Source: an uncultured Acidimicrobiaceae bacterium
GTDB taxonomy: Bacteria > Actinomycetota > Acidimicrobiia > Acidimicrobiales > RAAP-2
Length of the DNA: 64,000 bases
NCBI GenBank assembly: GCA_963827115.1
Contig: CAWGZS010000002.1
Coordinates: 47,323 to 111,322 of the forward strand
Direction: 5' to 3'
This document shows, one piece after another, positions 38,774-47,949 of this stretch (its first letter is position 1; each line of letters starts with the position of its first letter). A program made the position numbers and the translations under genes. The notes below the pieces were generated by a model that did no database searches, had not been told where the DNA came from, and saw nothing but the letters and a program-made list of their open reading frames with translations.

Positions 38774-39814
38774 ATGACGTCGGCCTACGAGTACACGAAA
38801 GAGGAACTGGCCGATCTGCTCGACGGCGAGCCGGGCTATCGCGTGCAACAGGTCTGGCACGGCCTCTGGGACGAGGCGCAGCCCTTCGCCGAAATCACCA
38901 CCATCCCCAAGGCCCTGCGCGCGCGGCTGGCCGAAAGGTTCCAGCCCAGCCTGCACGTAGCCAACGACGTCCAGAGCGACCGGGGCATGACCCGCAAGTG
39001 GGTCTTTCGCCTCCACGACGGCGCCACCATCGAAACCGTCCTGATGGCCTACGACGACCGGGTGACGGTGTGCGTCTCCAGCCAGGCGGGCTGCGGCGTC
39101 GGCTGCACGTTCTGCGCCACCGGCCAGGCCGGTTTCACCCGCCACCTGAGCGCGGGCGAGGTGCTCGAGCAGGTCATGTTCGCCGCGCGCCAGGCCGCGC
39201 CGCGCCGTCTCTCCAACGTGGTCTTCATGGGCATGGGCGAGCCGCTCGAGAACTACCGGGTCACGGTCGAGGTGTTGAAACGCCTGCACGAGTACCGCGG
39301 CATGTCCGCGCGCCACCTCACCGTGTCGACCGTGGGCGTCGCGCCGGCTATCGAGCGACTGGCCCGCGAGGGCCTGCCCCTCACGCTGGCGGTCAGCCTG
39401 CACGCGGCCAACAACGAGACGCGCAGCGAGCTGATCCCGCTCAATCGCCGCTATCCCCTCGAGCGCCTGCACGAGGCCTGTCTCTATTGGATCGCCACCA
39501 CCTCGCGGCGACTCAGCTTCGAGTGGGCCCTGATCGACGGGGTCAACGATACCGAACAGGCCCTGCACGAGCTGGCCGATTACGCTGAGTCGCTGCGCGC
39601 GCACGTGAACCTGATCCCGCTCAATCCGACGCCCGGCTACCTGGTGCTCGGCTCCTCCGCCCAGCGCGTGCGCGAGTTCGCCGATGGCCTCGAGAACCTC
39701 GGGATCAACGTGACCGTGCGCAACACCCGCGGCCGTTCGATCGACGCGGCCTGCGGTCAGTTGGCGGCGGTCACCAACGCGTCGCGTCGCTCGATCCCGG
39801 TGCGGTCGTCGTAG
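38774..39814 (+). CDS. rlmN: 23S rRNA/tRNA (adenine-C2)-methyltransferase, radical SAM
   Basis: Has the radical SAM cluster motif GCGVGCTFCATG, MGMGEPL, and the C-terminal GRSIDAACGQL. Confidence 0.93.
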   Translation: MTSAYEYTKEELADLLDGEPGYRVQQVWHGLWDEAQPFAEITTIPKALRARLAERFQPSLHVANDVQSDRGMTRKWVFRLHDGATIETVLMAYDDRVTVCVSSQAGCGVGCTFCATGQAGFTRHLSAGEVLEQVMFAARQAAPRRLSNVVFMGMGEPLENYRVTVEVLKRLHEYRGMSARHLTVSTVGVAPAIERLAREGLPLTLAVSLHAANNETRSELIPLNRRYPLERLHEACLYWIATTSRRLSFEWALIDGVNDTEQALHELADYAESLRAHVNLIPLNPTPGYLVLGSSAQRVREFADGLENLGINVTVRNTRGRSIDAACGQLAAVTNASRRSIPVRSS

Positions 39815-39818
39815 CCAA

Positions 39819-41042
39819 CTAGGCCACGGTGTCGCGCCAGAACGTGGGACGCCAGCGGATGAGGCTGAGCGCCCCGACGATGCAGGCCACGCCGCCCGAG
39901 ACGATCGAGAACTCCGTGGTGGTGAGCCCGGCCACCAGGCCCGACTCGAAGTCGCCGAGACGGGGCCCTCCGGTGACCACGGCCATCTGGATGGAGGAGA
40001 TGCGGCTGCGGTACTCGTCGGTGATGGCGTTCTGCAGGATGGTGTTGCGCAGGATGGTCGAGATCACGTCGGTCGCCCCGGCGATCCCCAGACAGAGAAG
40101 GCCCACCCACACCACGTGCACCAGCCCGAAGATGGTGATCACCGCGCCCCAGGTCACCACCACCAGGACCACCAGGCGCCCCTGTCGCCGAATGCGCTCC
40201 AACCACCCGGTTAGCACCGCCATGAGTAGCGCCCCCGCGCCCGGGGCGGCGTAGAGCAGACCGACGGTCCGCGGGCCGCCGTGGTAGAGCGTCAGGGCCA
40301 CGGCGGGGAACAGGGCTCGCGGTAGCCCGAAGACCATGGCGTTGAGGTCCACCAGGTAGACGGCCTGGGCGGTGGCGTGGCTGCGCACGTAGCGCCAGCC
40401 GTCGCCCATGGCACGCAGCATCCGGGTGCCCGCGTGGTGCCCGCTCGCCGGCATGGGGGCCATGAGGAACGTGAAGAATCCGAGGACCACGAAGGTGGTG
40501 GCGTCGACCCAGTAGCAGGCGGACAGGCCGACGCTCGCGATCAGGAGCCCGGCGGCGCCGGGACCGGCCACCGAGGCCAGGTTCACGATGACCTGGTTGA
40601 GCGAATAGGCCGCGACCAGCTTATTTGGCGGGACGAGCTGGGGGATGGCCGCGGTGCGGATAGGCCCGGAGAAGCCACCGAAGCCGGCGGCCAGGGCGGC
40701 CAGGATGATCAGGAACACGAAATGGGTGTGGTGCAGCTGGGCGTTGAGGGCCAGCCCGGCGCTCAGCACCGCCAGGATCAACGAGTTGCTCACCAGGAGG
40801 GACCGCCGGTTGAGCCGGTCGCCCAGCACGCCGCCCCAGAGCGCGCCGACGATCAGGAAGGGCAGCTGGATGAGGCTCGCCAGTCCGACCCAGAGGCTCG
40901 AGTGGGTTTCTAAGTAGACCTGCAGCGGCACGGCCACCATGGTGAGGTTGCTGCCGGCCATGGAGACCAGCTGACCGTAGAAGAGCAGGCTGAACTGTCG
41001 GTTGGCGCGCAGGGGGCTGACGTCGACGAAGAGCCTGGACAC
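39819..41042 (-). CDS. MFS transporter
   Basis: 407 aa and about 12 hydrophobic helices. The GDRLNRR motif sits between TM2 and TM3. Confidence 0.85.
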   Translation of the reverse strand: MSRLFVDVSPLRANRQFSLLFYGQLVSMAGSNLTMVAVPLQVYLETHSSLWVGLASLIQLPFLIVGALWGGVLGDRLNRRSLLVSNSLILAVLSAGLALNAQLHHTHFVFLIILAALAAGFGGFSGPIRTAAIPQLVPPNKLVAAYSLNQVIVNLASVAGPGAAGLLIASVGLSACYWVDATTFVVLGFFTFLMAPMPASGHHAGTRMLRAMGDGWRYVRSHATAQAVYLVDLNAMVFGLPRALFPAVALTLYHGGPRTVGLLYAAPGAGALLMAVLTGWLERIRRQGRLVVLVVVTWGAVITIFGLVHVVWVGLLCLGIAGATDVISTILRNTILQNAITDEYRSRISSIQMAVVTGGPRLGDFESGLVAGLTTTEFSIVSGGVACIVGALSLIRWRPTFWRDTVA

Positions 41043-41097
41043 CGCTTTATCGTACGAGGGTAAGGTAGCAAAGTCTTACAACGCCGAAGGAGGGCTG

Positions 41098-42165
41098 ATG
41101 GCCGACGAAGAACTTGTGCAGCTGCTGTCGCCGGAGGGCGAGCGCGTCACGCAGAAGGACTACGAGAGCACCCTCAGCGGCGACCAGATCTTCGGTTTCT
41201 ATCGCGACATGGTGATCATCCGGCGCATCTGCAACGAGGGCACATCGCTGCAGCGTCAAGGTCAGCTGGCCCTCTGGGCGCCGATCCAAGGCCAGGAGGC
41301 CGCCCAGATCGGCGCCGGTCGGGCCCTGGGACCGATGGATTTCACGTTCCCCACCTACCGCGAGCACGGCATCGCCTGGTGCCGGGGGATTCCGCCGGTG
41401 GACTGGTTCCGACTCTTCCGCGCGGTCAGCAACGGCGGCTGGGATCCTCAGAAGTACCGCCATTCCGTGCCGACGGTGGTGCTGGGCAACCAGGCCCTCA
41501 ACGCCGTCGGTTACGCCATGGGCGTACAGCGCGACGGGGCCGAGGAGGCCGTGGTGGCCTTCTTCGGTGACGGCGCCTCCAGCCAGGGCGACGTGCTGGA
41601 ATCCTTCGTGTGGGCCGCCTCGTTCAACGCCCCGGTCGTCTTCTTCCTGCAGAACAACCAGTGGGCCATCTCCGAGCCGTCGTCGCTGCAGGCCAAGATC
41701 CCTCTCTACCATCGCGCCGAGGGCTTCGGGTTTCCCGGCGTGCGCGTCGACGGCAACGACGTGCTCGCGGTCTACGAGGTCACCAGGCGCGCCCTGGAGC
41801 TCGCGCGCGTGGGCGGCGGGCCGACACTCATCGAGGCCTTCACCTATCGCATGGGGGCCCACACCACCTCCGACGACCCGACGCGCTACCGCGTGGACGC
41901 CGAGGTGGAGGTCTGGAAGCACCGCGACCCCGTCGAGCGGGTGAAGTCGCTGCTGGTGCACGAGTACAAGGTGAAGAAGACCGCGCTCAACGAGGTGACC
42001 GCCGAGGCCGAAGCCATGGCCCTGCAGCTGCGCGAGGACGTGCTGGCCATGGGCCGACCCGACCCGATCACCATGTTCGACCACGCCTACGCCGCGCCGC
42101 ATCCGTTGATCGACGAAGGGCGCCGTGAGATGATTGAGATGGGTATCAGCGGAGGTTCACACTGA
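41098..42165 (+). CDS. 2-oxoacid (pyruvate/branched-chain) dehydrogenase E1 alpha subunit
   Basis: Track ORF trimmed to ATG 41098, preceded by GAAGGAGGG. It has the ThDP motif region GDGASSQGD...NNQWAIS and sits in an operon with E1 beta and E2. Confidence 0.9.
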   Translation: MADEELVQLLSPEGERVTQKDYESTLSGDQIFGFYRDMVIIRRICNEGTSLQRQGQLALWAPIQGQEAAQIGAGRALGPMDFTFPTYREHGIAWCRGIPPVDWFRLFRAVSNGGWDPQKYRHSVPTVVLGNQALNAVGYAMGVQRDGAEEAVVAFFGDGASSQGDVLESFVWAASFNAPVVFFLQNNQWAISEPSSLQAKIPLYHRAEGFGFPGVRVDGNDVLAVYEVTRRALELARVGGGPTLIEAFTYRMGAHTTSDDPTRYRVDAEVEVWKHRDPVERVKSLLVHEYKVKKTALNEVTAEAEAMALQLREDVLAMGRPDPITMFDHAYAAPHPLIDEGRREMIEMGISGGSH

Positions 42166-43145
42166 TGGCAACGACCACCATGACCATGGCCAAGGCCCTC
42201 AACGAGGGTCTGCGCCGCGCGATGGAGAAGAACAAGAAGGTTCTCCTGATGGGCGAGGACATCGGCAAGCTCGGCGGGGTGTTCCGCATCACCGACGGGC
42301 TGCAGAAGGACTTCGGCGAGGACCGGGTCATCGACGCGCCGCTGGCCGAGTCGGCCATCGTGGGCACGGCGGTGGGCCTGGCCATCCGCGGTTACCGCAC
42401 CATCGTCGAGATCCAGTTCGACGGCTTCGTCTACCCGGCCTTCGACCAGATCGTCTCGCAGGTGGCCAAGCTCCACAAGCGCAGCGACGGCGTCTACAAC
42501 ATGGGCCTGGTCATCCGCCTGCCGTTCCAGGGCGGCATCGGGGCCATCGAGCACCACTCGGAGAGCCCGGAGGCGTATTTCGCCCAGACGGCCGGGTTGC
42601 GCGTGGTGTCGTGTTCCACGGCCAACGACGCCTATTGGATGATCCAGCAGTCCATCGAGCACGACGACCCCATCATCTTCTGCGAACCGATGAGCCGTTA
42701 CTGGGAGAAGGGCGAGGTCGACCTGGAGAACCCGCCCCACGGGCTCTTCGACGCCGTCGTGCGCCGCGAGGGCAGCGACGTGACCATCGTGGGTTACGGC
42801 GCCTCGCTCAAGACCATCCTGCGCGCGGCCGACACGGCCCAGACCGAGGGCATCTCCGTCGAGGTCATCGACGCGCGGTCCCTGGCGCCCCTGGACCTCG
42901 ACACCATGATCGCGTCGATCAACAAGACCGGCCGCCTCATCGCGGTCCAGGAATCGCCCCACACCGCCTCGGTCGGTTCGGAGATCGTGGCCGAGCTGAG
43001 CGAGCGCTGCTTCTATTCGCTGCGCGCGCCGGGCGTGCGGGTGAGCGGCTATCACGTGCCGTATCCGCCGACCCGCTTGGAGGACGACTACCGCCCCACG
43101 GTGGACCGCATCCTGGACGCCGTGGACCGAGTGATGGGATTCTAG
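42165..43145 (+). CDS. 2-oxoacid dehydrogenase E1 beta subunit
   Basis: 326 aa. Contains GEDIGKLGGVFRIT, DAPLAESAIVG and a transketolase-like C-terminal domain. The start overlaps the E1 alpha stop. Confidence 0.93.
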   Translation: MATTTMTMAKALNEGLRRAMEKNKKVLLMGEDIGKLGGVFRITDGLQKDFGEDRVIDAPLAESAIVGTAVGLAIRGYRTIVEIQFDGFVYPAFDQIVSQVAKLHKRSDGVYNMGLVIRLPFQGGIGAIEHHSESPEAYFAQTAGLRVVSCSTANDAYWMIQQSIEHDDPIIFCEPMSRYWEKGEVDLENPPHGLFDAVVRREGSDVTIVGYGASLKTILRAADTAQTEGISVEVIDARSLAPLDLDTMIASINKTGRLIAVQESPHTASVGSEIVAELSERCFYSLRAPGVRVSGYHVPYPPTRLEDDYRPTVDRILDAVDRVMGF

Positions 43146-44543
43146 GTGAGCGAAGAAATCTTCTTACTGCCCGACGTCGGCGAAGGATTGGTCGAGGCCG
43201 AGATCGTCGAGTGGAAGGTGAAGGTCGGCGACACCGTCATCCTCAACCAGCCCCTGGTGGACATTGAGACGGCCAAGGCCACCGTCGAGCTGCCCAGCCC
43301 CTACGCGGGCACCATCGTGACGCTGCACGGCAATCCCGGCGACGTCATGGAAGTGCACAAGCCCCTCATCACCTTCGAGGTGGGCGGCGCGTCGAAGGCC
43401 AAGGCGCCCGCCGCGGCCGCGGCCGCGAGCGCCGAGTCCCTGCCCGAAGCCACCAGCGACGAGGGTCGCCAAGCGGTCCTGGTGGGCTACGGCGTGGCCA
43501 ACGAGGACGGTCTGGCCACGCGCAAGCATCGACGACAGGGCGCCGCACCGGCACCCGCCGCGGCACCGGCCGCGCCGGCCGCCGCGGTCGTGACGACGAC
43601 GCCGGGCCTGGCCCCGCGCTCCACCCCGCCCGTTCGCCTCTACGCCAAGCAGCAGGGCGTCGACCTGGCGACCCTGCAGGGGACCGGCCGTGACGGGCTC
43701 ATCACCCGCGACGACGTCGAGCGCGCGCTGCATCCCAACGGCACGACGACGGCCGCGCTGGCCCGGGTCAGCGCCCCGATCACGGGTCCCACGACCACCT
43801 CACGCTTCGTCGGCCGCGAGATCGAGTCCTGGGCCACCGGCCCCAAGGAGGAGCGCATCGCGGTGAAGGGCGTCCTTCGCTCCATGAGCGAGGCGATGGT
43901 CCAGAGCGCCTTCAGCGCCCCCCACGCCGCGGTGTGGGTGCGCGTCGACGCCACCCGGACCATGGAGCTGCTGGAGTCGCTCAAGAAGCAGTCCTCCCTC
44001 GCGGGGTTGCGTCTCTCGCCGCTCACCATCACGGCCCTGGCGGTCTGCGACGCGGCCCGGAACTATCCCGGCATCAACTCGAGCTTCGACGCCGCGGCGG
44101 GCGAGGTGGTGGTGCGGCGCTCGGTGAACCTGGGCATCGCGGCCGCCACCGATCGCGGCCTCATCGTGCCCAACATCAAGGGCGCCGACGCGTTGGGGCT
44201 CGTGGGCATGGCCGAGGCGCTCAACACCCTGGTGGACAAGGCGCGCAAGGGCACCACCACGCCCAATGAGATGATCGGCACCACGCTCACCATCACCAAC
44301 GTCGGACCCATGGCCGTCGACGCGGCGATGCCCATCCTGCCGCCGGGGACCGGGGCCATCGTGGCCATCGGTCAGATCGCCAAGGCGCCCTGGGTGGTCG
44401 ACGACGCCGTGGTGGTGCGACAGGTCGTGGAACTGGCCATGTCCTTCGACCATCGCCAGATCGACGGCGCCATGGCCTCGGTGGTGCTCGCGCACATCGG
44501 CCGGTTCCTCTCGGATCCGGCCCCCGCCATCATCGCGGGCTAA
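43146..44543 (+). CDS. dihydrolipoamide acyltransferase E2 component
   Basis: Consists of a lipoyl domain (DIETAKATVELPSP), an Ala/Pro linker, a subunit-binding domain, and a catalytic domain with DHRQIDG. Confidence 0.92.
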   Translation: MSEEIFLLPDVGEGLVEAEIVEWKVKVGDTVILNQPLVDIETAKATVELPSPYAGTIVTLHGNPGDVMEVHKPLITFEVGGASKAKAPAAAAAASAESLPEATSDEGRQAVLVGYGVANEDGLATRKHRRQGAAPAPAAAPAAPAAAVVTTTPGLAPRSTPPVRLYAKQQGVDLATLQGTGRDGLITRDDVERALHPNGTTTAALARVSAPITGPTTTSRFVGREIESWATGPKEERIAVKGVLRSMSEAMVQSAFSAPHAAVWVRVDATRTMELLESLKKQSSLAGLRLSPLTITALAVCDAARNYPGINSSFDAAAGEVVVRRSVNLGIAAATDRGLIVPNIKGADALGLVGMAEALNTLVDKARKGTTTPNEMIGTTLTITNVGPMAVDAAMPILPPGTGAIVAIGQIAKAPWVVDDAVVVRQVVELAMSFDHRQIDGAMASVVLAHIGRFLSDPAPAIIAG

Positions 44544-44992
44544 CCCAGCGCCCGAAGGGCTTCCAAGGCCCGCGACGCGTGGGCGTTCATGTTCGTCTCG
44601 CTGTGGATGACGTCCACCACCCGTCGGTCGCGGGCGATCACGAAGGTGGAGCGCTTCACCTTGAGCACGTCGAGCGTGCGCTTGACGCCGAATAGACGCG
44701 CGACCGTGCCGTCGACGTCGGCCAGCAGCGGGTAGTCCAGCTGGTTCTTCTCGGTGAACTGCGATTGTCGCTCGACGCTGTCCATGGAGATACCAATGCG
44801 CTGGGCCCCCAAGGCCTTGAAGTCGCCGGCCAGGTCGCGGAAGTTCCGACACTCCCTGGTGCAGCCGGTGGTCATCGCCGCCGGATAGAAGAAGAGGGCG
44901 ATGGGTCCGTCGCTCAAGAGGGTTGAAAGCGTCCGCGACTCGCCGAACTGGTCGCTCAAGGTGAAGTCGGGAACCACCTCACCAATCCGCAT
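44540..44992 (-). CDS. bcp: peroxiredoxin (Bcp type)
   Basis: 150 aa. PDFTL...FFYPAAMTTGCTRE carries the peroxidatic Cys in the Bcp context. Confidence 0.88.
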   Translation of the reverse strand: MRIGEVVPDFTLSDQFGESRTLSTLLSDGPIALFFYPAAMTTGCTRECRNFRDLAGDFKALGAQRIGISMDSVERQSQFTEKNQLDYPLLADVDGTVARLFGVKRTLDVLKVKRSTFVIARDRRVVDVIHSETNMNAHASRALEALRALG

Positions 44993-45001
44993 GCCTTCAG
45001 G

Positions 45002-45757
45002 CTAGGCGTCGAGGCGGAATCCGACGCCACGGATGGTGAGGAGGTGACGGGGGTTGGCGGGGTCGCTCTCGATCTTCTGGCGCAGCCGCTTCACGTGAGT
45101 ATCGAGGGTTCGGGTGTCCGCGAGTTCGAGTCCCCACCACAGGGTGTCGAGGCACTGCTCACGGGTGACCACCTGGCCGAGGCGCGACGCGAAGAGCGCC
45201 AGCAGGTCGAACTCCTTGCGGCTGAGCTCGATCTCGATGCCTTCCTTGGTCACGGTGCGGCGCACGACGTCGATGCGCAGGTCGCCGAAGCTCACCGTCT
45301 CCTCGTCGTCGTTGGCCACGGGGCGGCGCAGCACCGCACGCATGCGCGCCACCAGTTCGCGAAGGCGGAACGGCTTGGTGACGTAGTCGGCGGCGCCGAT
45401 CTCCAGGCCGAGCACGACGTCGACCTCGCTGGTGCGCGCGGAGACCATGATGACGGGCACCCGGGAGGAGTCGTAGATCTCGCGGCAGTAGTCGATGCCC
45501 GACCCGTCGGGCAGCATCACGTCGAGCAGCACGAGGTCGGGGTGGGTGCTCGACATGAGCGAGCGGGCCTGGGCCAGGGTGCTGGCGCCGACGACCACGA
45601 AGCCTTCGACCGTGAGCCCGATGTGGAGGGCCTCTTGGTAGCTGGGCTCGTCCTCGACGACGAGCACGACGCTGCGGCCCTCGGCGTTAATCACGGGCGA
45701 CCCAGCGGCGGGGGGCGACACGCTGGCGATAACGCAGGAGGGTGAGAGATCGTTCAC
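45002..45757 (-). CDS. OmpR/PhoB-family response regulator (RegX3-like), no cognate kinase adjacent
   Basis: Receiver domain (VVEDE, LLDVMLPDGSG, MVSART, DYVTKPF) plus a winged-helix output (DTHVKRLRQKIE...IRGVGFRL). The roughly 30 aa N-terminal leader may be an over-extension, since in-frame GTGs lie downstream. It is 9 nt upstream of bcp. Confidence 0.9.
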   Translation of the reverse strand: MNDLSPSCVIASVSPPAAGSPVINAEGRSVVLVVEDEPSYQEALHIGLTVEGFVVVGASTLAQARSLMSSTHPDLVLLDVMLPDGSGIDYCREIYDSSRVPVIMVSARTSEVDVVLGLEIGAADYVTKPFRLRELVARMRAVLRRPVANDDEETVSFGDLRIDVVRRTVTKEGIEIELSRKEFDLLALFASRLGQVVTREQCLDTLWWGLELADTRTLDTHVKRLRQKIESDPANPRHLLTIRGVGFRLDA

Positions 45758-45851
45758 GTGTCACCAGGCCAACGTAAGGAGGTTGAGTTATCGCAAGGTG
45801 AAAACCGAGCGACCGGAAAGTAGACGGTGGATGAATCTTTTTGGGCCCTGA

Positions 45852-47300
45852 TCAGTTGACGGTGAGGGTGAACCCTTCGTACACCGTGGTGCTGCGCTGG
45901 TAGCTGCCCGAGGCCGTGCAGATGTTCGGGCTCTGACAGACCAGCCCGTAGACGCCGCCGTCGACGCCCACGCTGGTCGCGCCGGCGGGCAGGGTCACCT
46001 TGGTGCCCGTCTGCCAGGTCCCGTTGACCTCGTTGATCACCAGGGCCTGGTAGAAACCGGAGGCGTCGAGGTACGCGGCGCCCGCGCTGCAGTCGCCGCT
46101 GGAGCGACACGACAGGGCCACCACGCCGCCGTTCTTGCCGACCTGGGTCCCGTCGGCGGGCAACTTGAGTTCCACCGCTCCCTGCCACACGCCGTTCACT
46201 TCGCTGACGAGGAAGCCCTGGTAGTGGTTGGTGCTGTCGGTGTACTGCCCGCCGGCGCTGCAGTTGGTGGCCGAGGAGCACGAGATGGCGTTGAAGCCGT
46301 AGAAGAAGACGTCGGGATTGGTGCGGGCCCCCGTCGGCATGACCATGGCCGTGGCCCGCCGCCAGACGTGCGAACTCTGCGACACCACCAGGCCCTCGCC
46401 GACGCCCGACGTGTTCTCGTAGTTGCCGATCGCGCTGCAGGTGCCGGGCGCGACGCAGGTCACCGCGCTCAGGGAGGCGTCGGGGTAGGGGCTGGCGTTG
46501 CCGGGCAGCAGCAGCGATTGGCCGGGCGCCCACCGGGTGGCGCTCTCGTTCACCACCAGGCCGTGGGTGGCGCCGTTGCTGTCGATGTAGGAGCCGACGG
46601 CGCTGCAGTTACCCGCGCCGGCGCAGGCCACCTGATTAAGCACCACGAATGGGTTGACGTTGGTGGCGCCGGGAAGGTGCACCTGCTGCGCCTTCTGCCA
46701 GGTGCCGTTCACCTCGTTGAGCACCAGTCCCTGCGTGGTGGCGAGATGGGTGCCCACGGCGGCGTAGGTCCCCACGGCGCTGCAGTTGCCCGCCGACGCG
46801 CAGGCCACCGAGCGAAGCTGCACGTCCTGGCCGGCGTTGATCGCGTTGGCGGGCAGGGCCACGCTCAGCGCGCCGCGCCAGACGTTGCCCACCTCGGAGT
46901 CGACGAAGCCTTGGGAGGCGCCGGACTTATCCTGGTAGGTCCCCACGGCGCTGCAGTTACCCGGCGCGCCGCAGGACGTGGACAGCACGGTCACGTCGGC
47001 GCTGGCCGCGGCGGTCGAGGGCGGCGTGATGGTCACGGCCCCGCGCCAGGCCCCGTTGATCTCGTCGGAGAGGAGCCCCTGGGTCTCGCCCTTGGCGTCG
47101 GTGTAGGCCCCTCCGGCGACGCAGTTGCCCGCCGAGGCGCACGACAACGCGGGCAGGTAGCCCTGGGGAACCCCTTTGGCCCCCGCGGGCAGCAGCACGA
47201 TCCGGGCCGCGGGCCAGTTGGGCGCCGCGTCCGCGAGCGACGGCACGGCCGCCACGAGCAGCGTGATGGCAATCACGACGGCTCTGGGTACGAACTTCAT
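45852..47300 (-). CDS. secreted protein built from eight tandem C-x5-C repeats, unknown function
   Basis: 482 aa with a signal peptide (AITLLVAAVPSLADA). Eight repeats follow, with consensus (L/V)(S/A)C.S.GNCSAVG.Y.D..G...G.(L/V)..EVNG.W......LP. The first Cys of each repeat is at residue 54, 110, 167, 226, 282, 341, 398 and 455. Confidence 0.75.
   Translation of the reverse strand: MKFVPRAVVIAITLLVAAVPSLADAAPNWPAARIVLLPAGAKGVPQGYLPALSCASAGNCVAGGAYTDAKGETQGLLSDEINGAWRGAVTITPPSTAAASADVTVLSTSCGAPGNCSAVGTYQDKSGASQGFVDSEVGNVWRGALSVALPANAINAGQDVQLRSVACASAGNCSAVGTYAAVGTHLATTQGLVLNEVNGTWQKAQQVHLPGATNVNPFVVLNQVACAGAGNCSAVGSYIDSNGATHGLVVNESATRWAPGQSLLLPGNASPYPDASLSAVTCVAPGTCSAIGNYENTSGVGEGLVVSQSSHVWRRATAMVMPTGARTNPDVFFYGFNAISCSSATNCSAGGQYTDSTNHYQGFLVSEVNGVWQGAVELKLPADGTQVGKNGGVVALSCRSSGDCSAGAAYLDASGFYQALVINEVNGTWQTGTKVTLPAGATSVGVDGGVYGLVCQSPNICTASGSYQRSTTVYEGFTLTVN
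45855..47147 (-). repeat. coding tandem repeat array (8 units, each 56-59 codons)
   Basis: The periodicity was read from the translated protein (residues 52-482). All 16 Cys residues of the protein lie in C-x5-C pairs at the same repeat position. Confidence 0.7.
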
Positions 47301-47462
47301 GGTCCTACGCTTTCTCGATCAGTGGTCGGACGTCCCGCGCGGTGGCGCAGGATCTGGAACGAGGGACACGGTGTGCCCGTTGAATGTCTGGCTACCTTCA
47401 GTATAAGTAAGCACCACCCGGCCGACGGTTCGGGCGCCGGCGCCGCGAAACCAGGGACATTC

Positions 47463-47873
47463 CTACGTCGTGGGCGGATAGATGGACGCCACGAAGGGTC
47501 CGTCCTGGAACAGCGAGCTGTGATGGCTGTTGAGGCGCGTGTAGTGGCCGTCGCGCACGCGGTAGGCGTACACCGAGACCGGGGCGTGGAGCCATTTGCC
47601 GCTGACGCAGTTGGGCGTGCAGTTGTTCCAGGTGGCGGTTCCCGTGGCGTAGGCGACGGGTTCGTTCCAGTGGGTCCAGTGCAGGTCCTTCAACTGGGAA
47701 TTGGCGTCGGCACAGGTGAGGACGAAGGCCTTGGGGGACGAAACTCCCTGATTGGAGCAGTCGTAGATGGACAGGCTCGTACTGTCGCGCGATTCGTGCC
47801 AGGAGAGCAGGGCGGCCAAGCCGGCCAGTACCAGCAGGACACCGACGATAAGGAAAGGTATTTTTCGACGCAT
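47463..47873 (-). CDS. N-terminally anchored small extracytoplasmic protein with four Cys, unknown function
   Basis: 136 aa. One N-terminal TM helix (IPFLIVGVLLVLAGLAALL) is followed by a domain with C..., LTCADAN, and NNCTPNC. No family recognised. Confidence 0.55.
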   Translation of the reverse strand: MRRKIPFLIVGVLLVLAGLAALLSWHESRDSTSLSIYDCSNQGVSSPKAFVLTCADANSQLKDLHWTHWNEPVAYATGTATWNNCTPNCVSGKWLHAPVSVYAYRVRDGHYTRLNSHHSSLFQDGPFVASIYPPTT

Positions 47874-47949
47874 GACTTCATTGTAGAGAGGTTGATGACG
47901 TTGTCGGAATCGTTACGGCGTGACGACATCGTTGCTCTTAACGATGACG

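Noticed and set aside
38720-43267. Shadow ORFs over rlmN and the E1 alpha/beta genes (38720-39604, 38752-39588, 41047-42102, 42087-43055, 42134-43267)
   Set aside because: The reasoning is the same as for the other shadow ORFs. The annotated frames carry radical-SAM and ThDP-enzyme motifs, and the alternatives do not.
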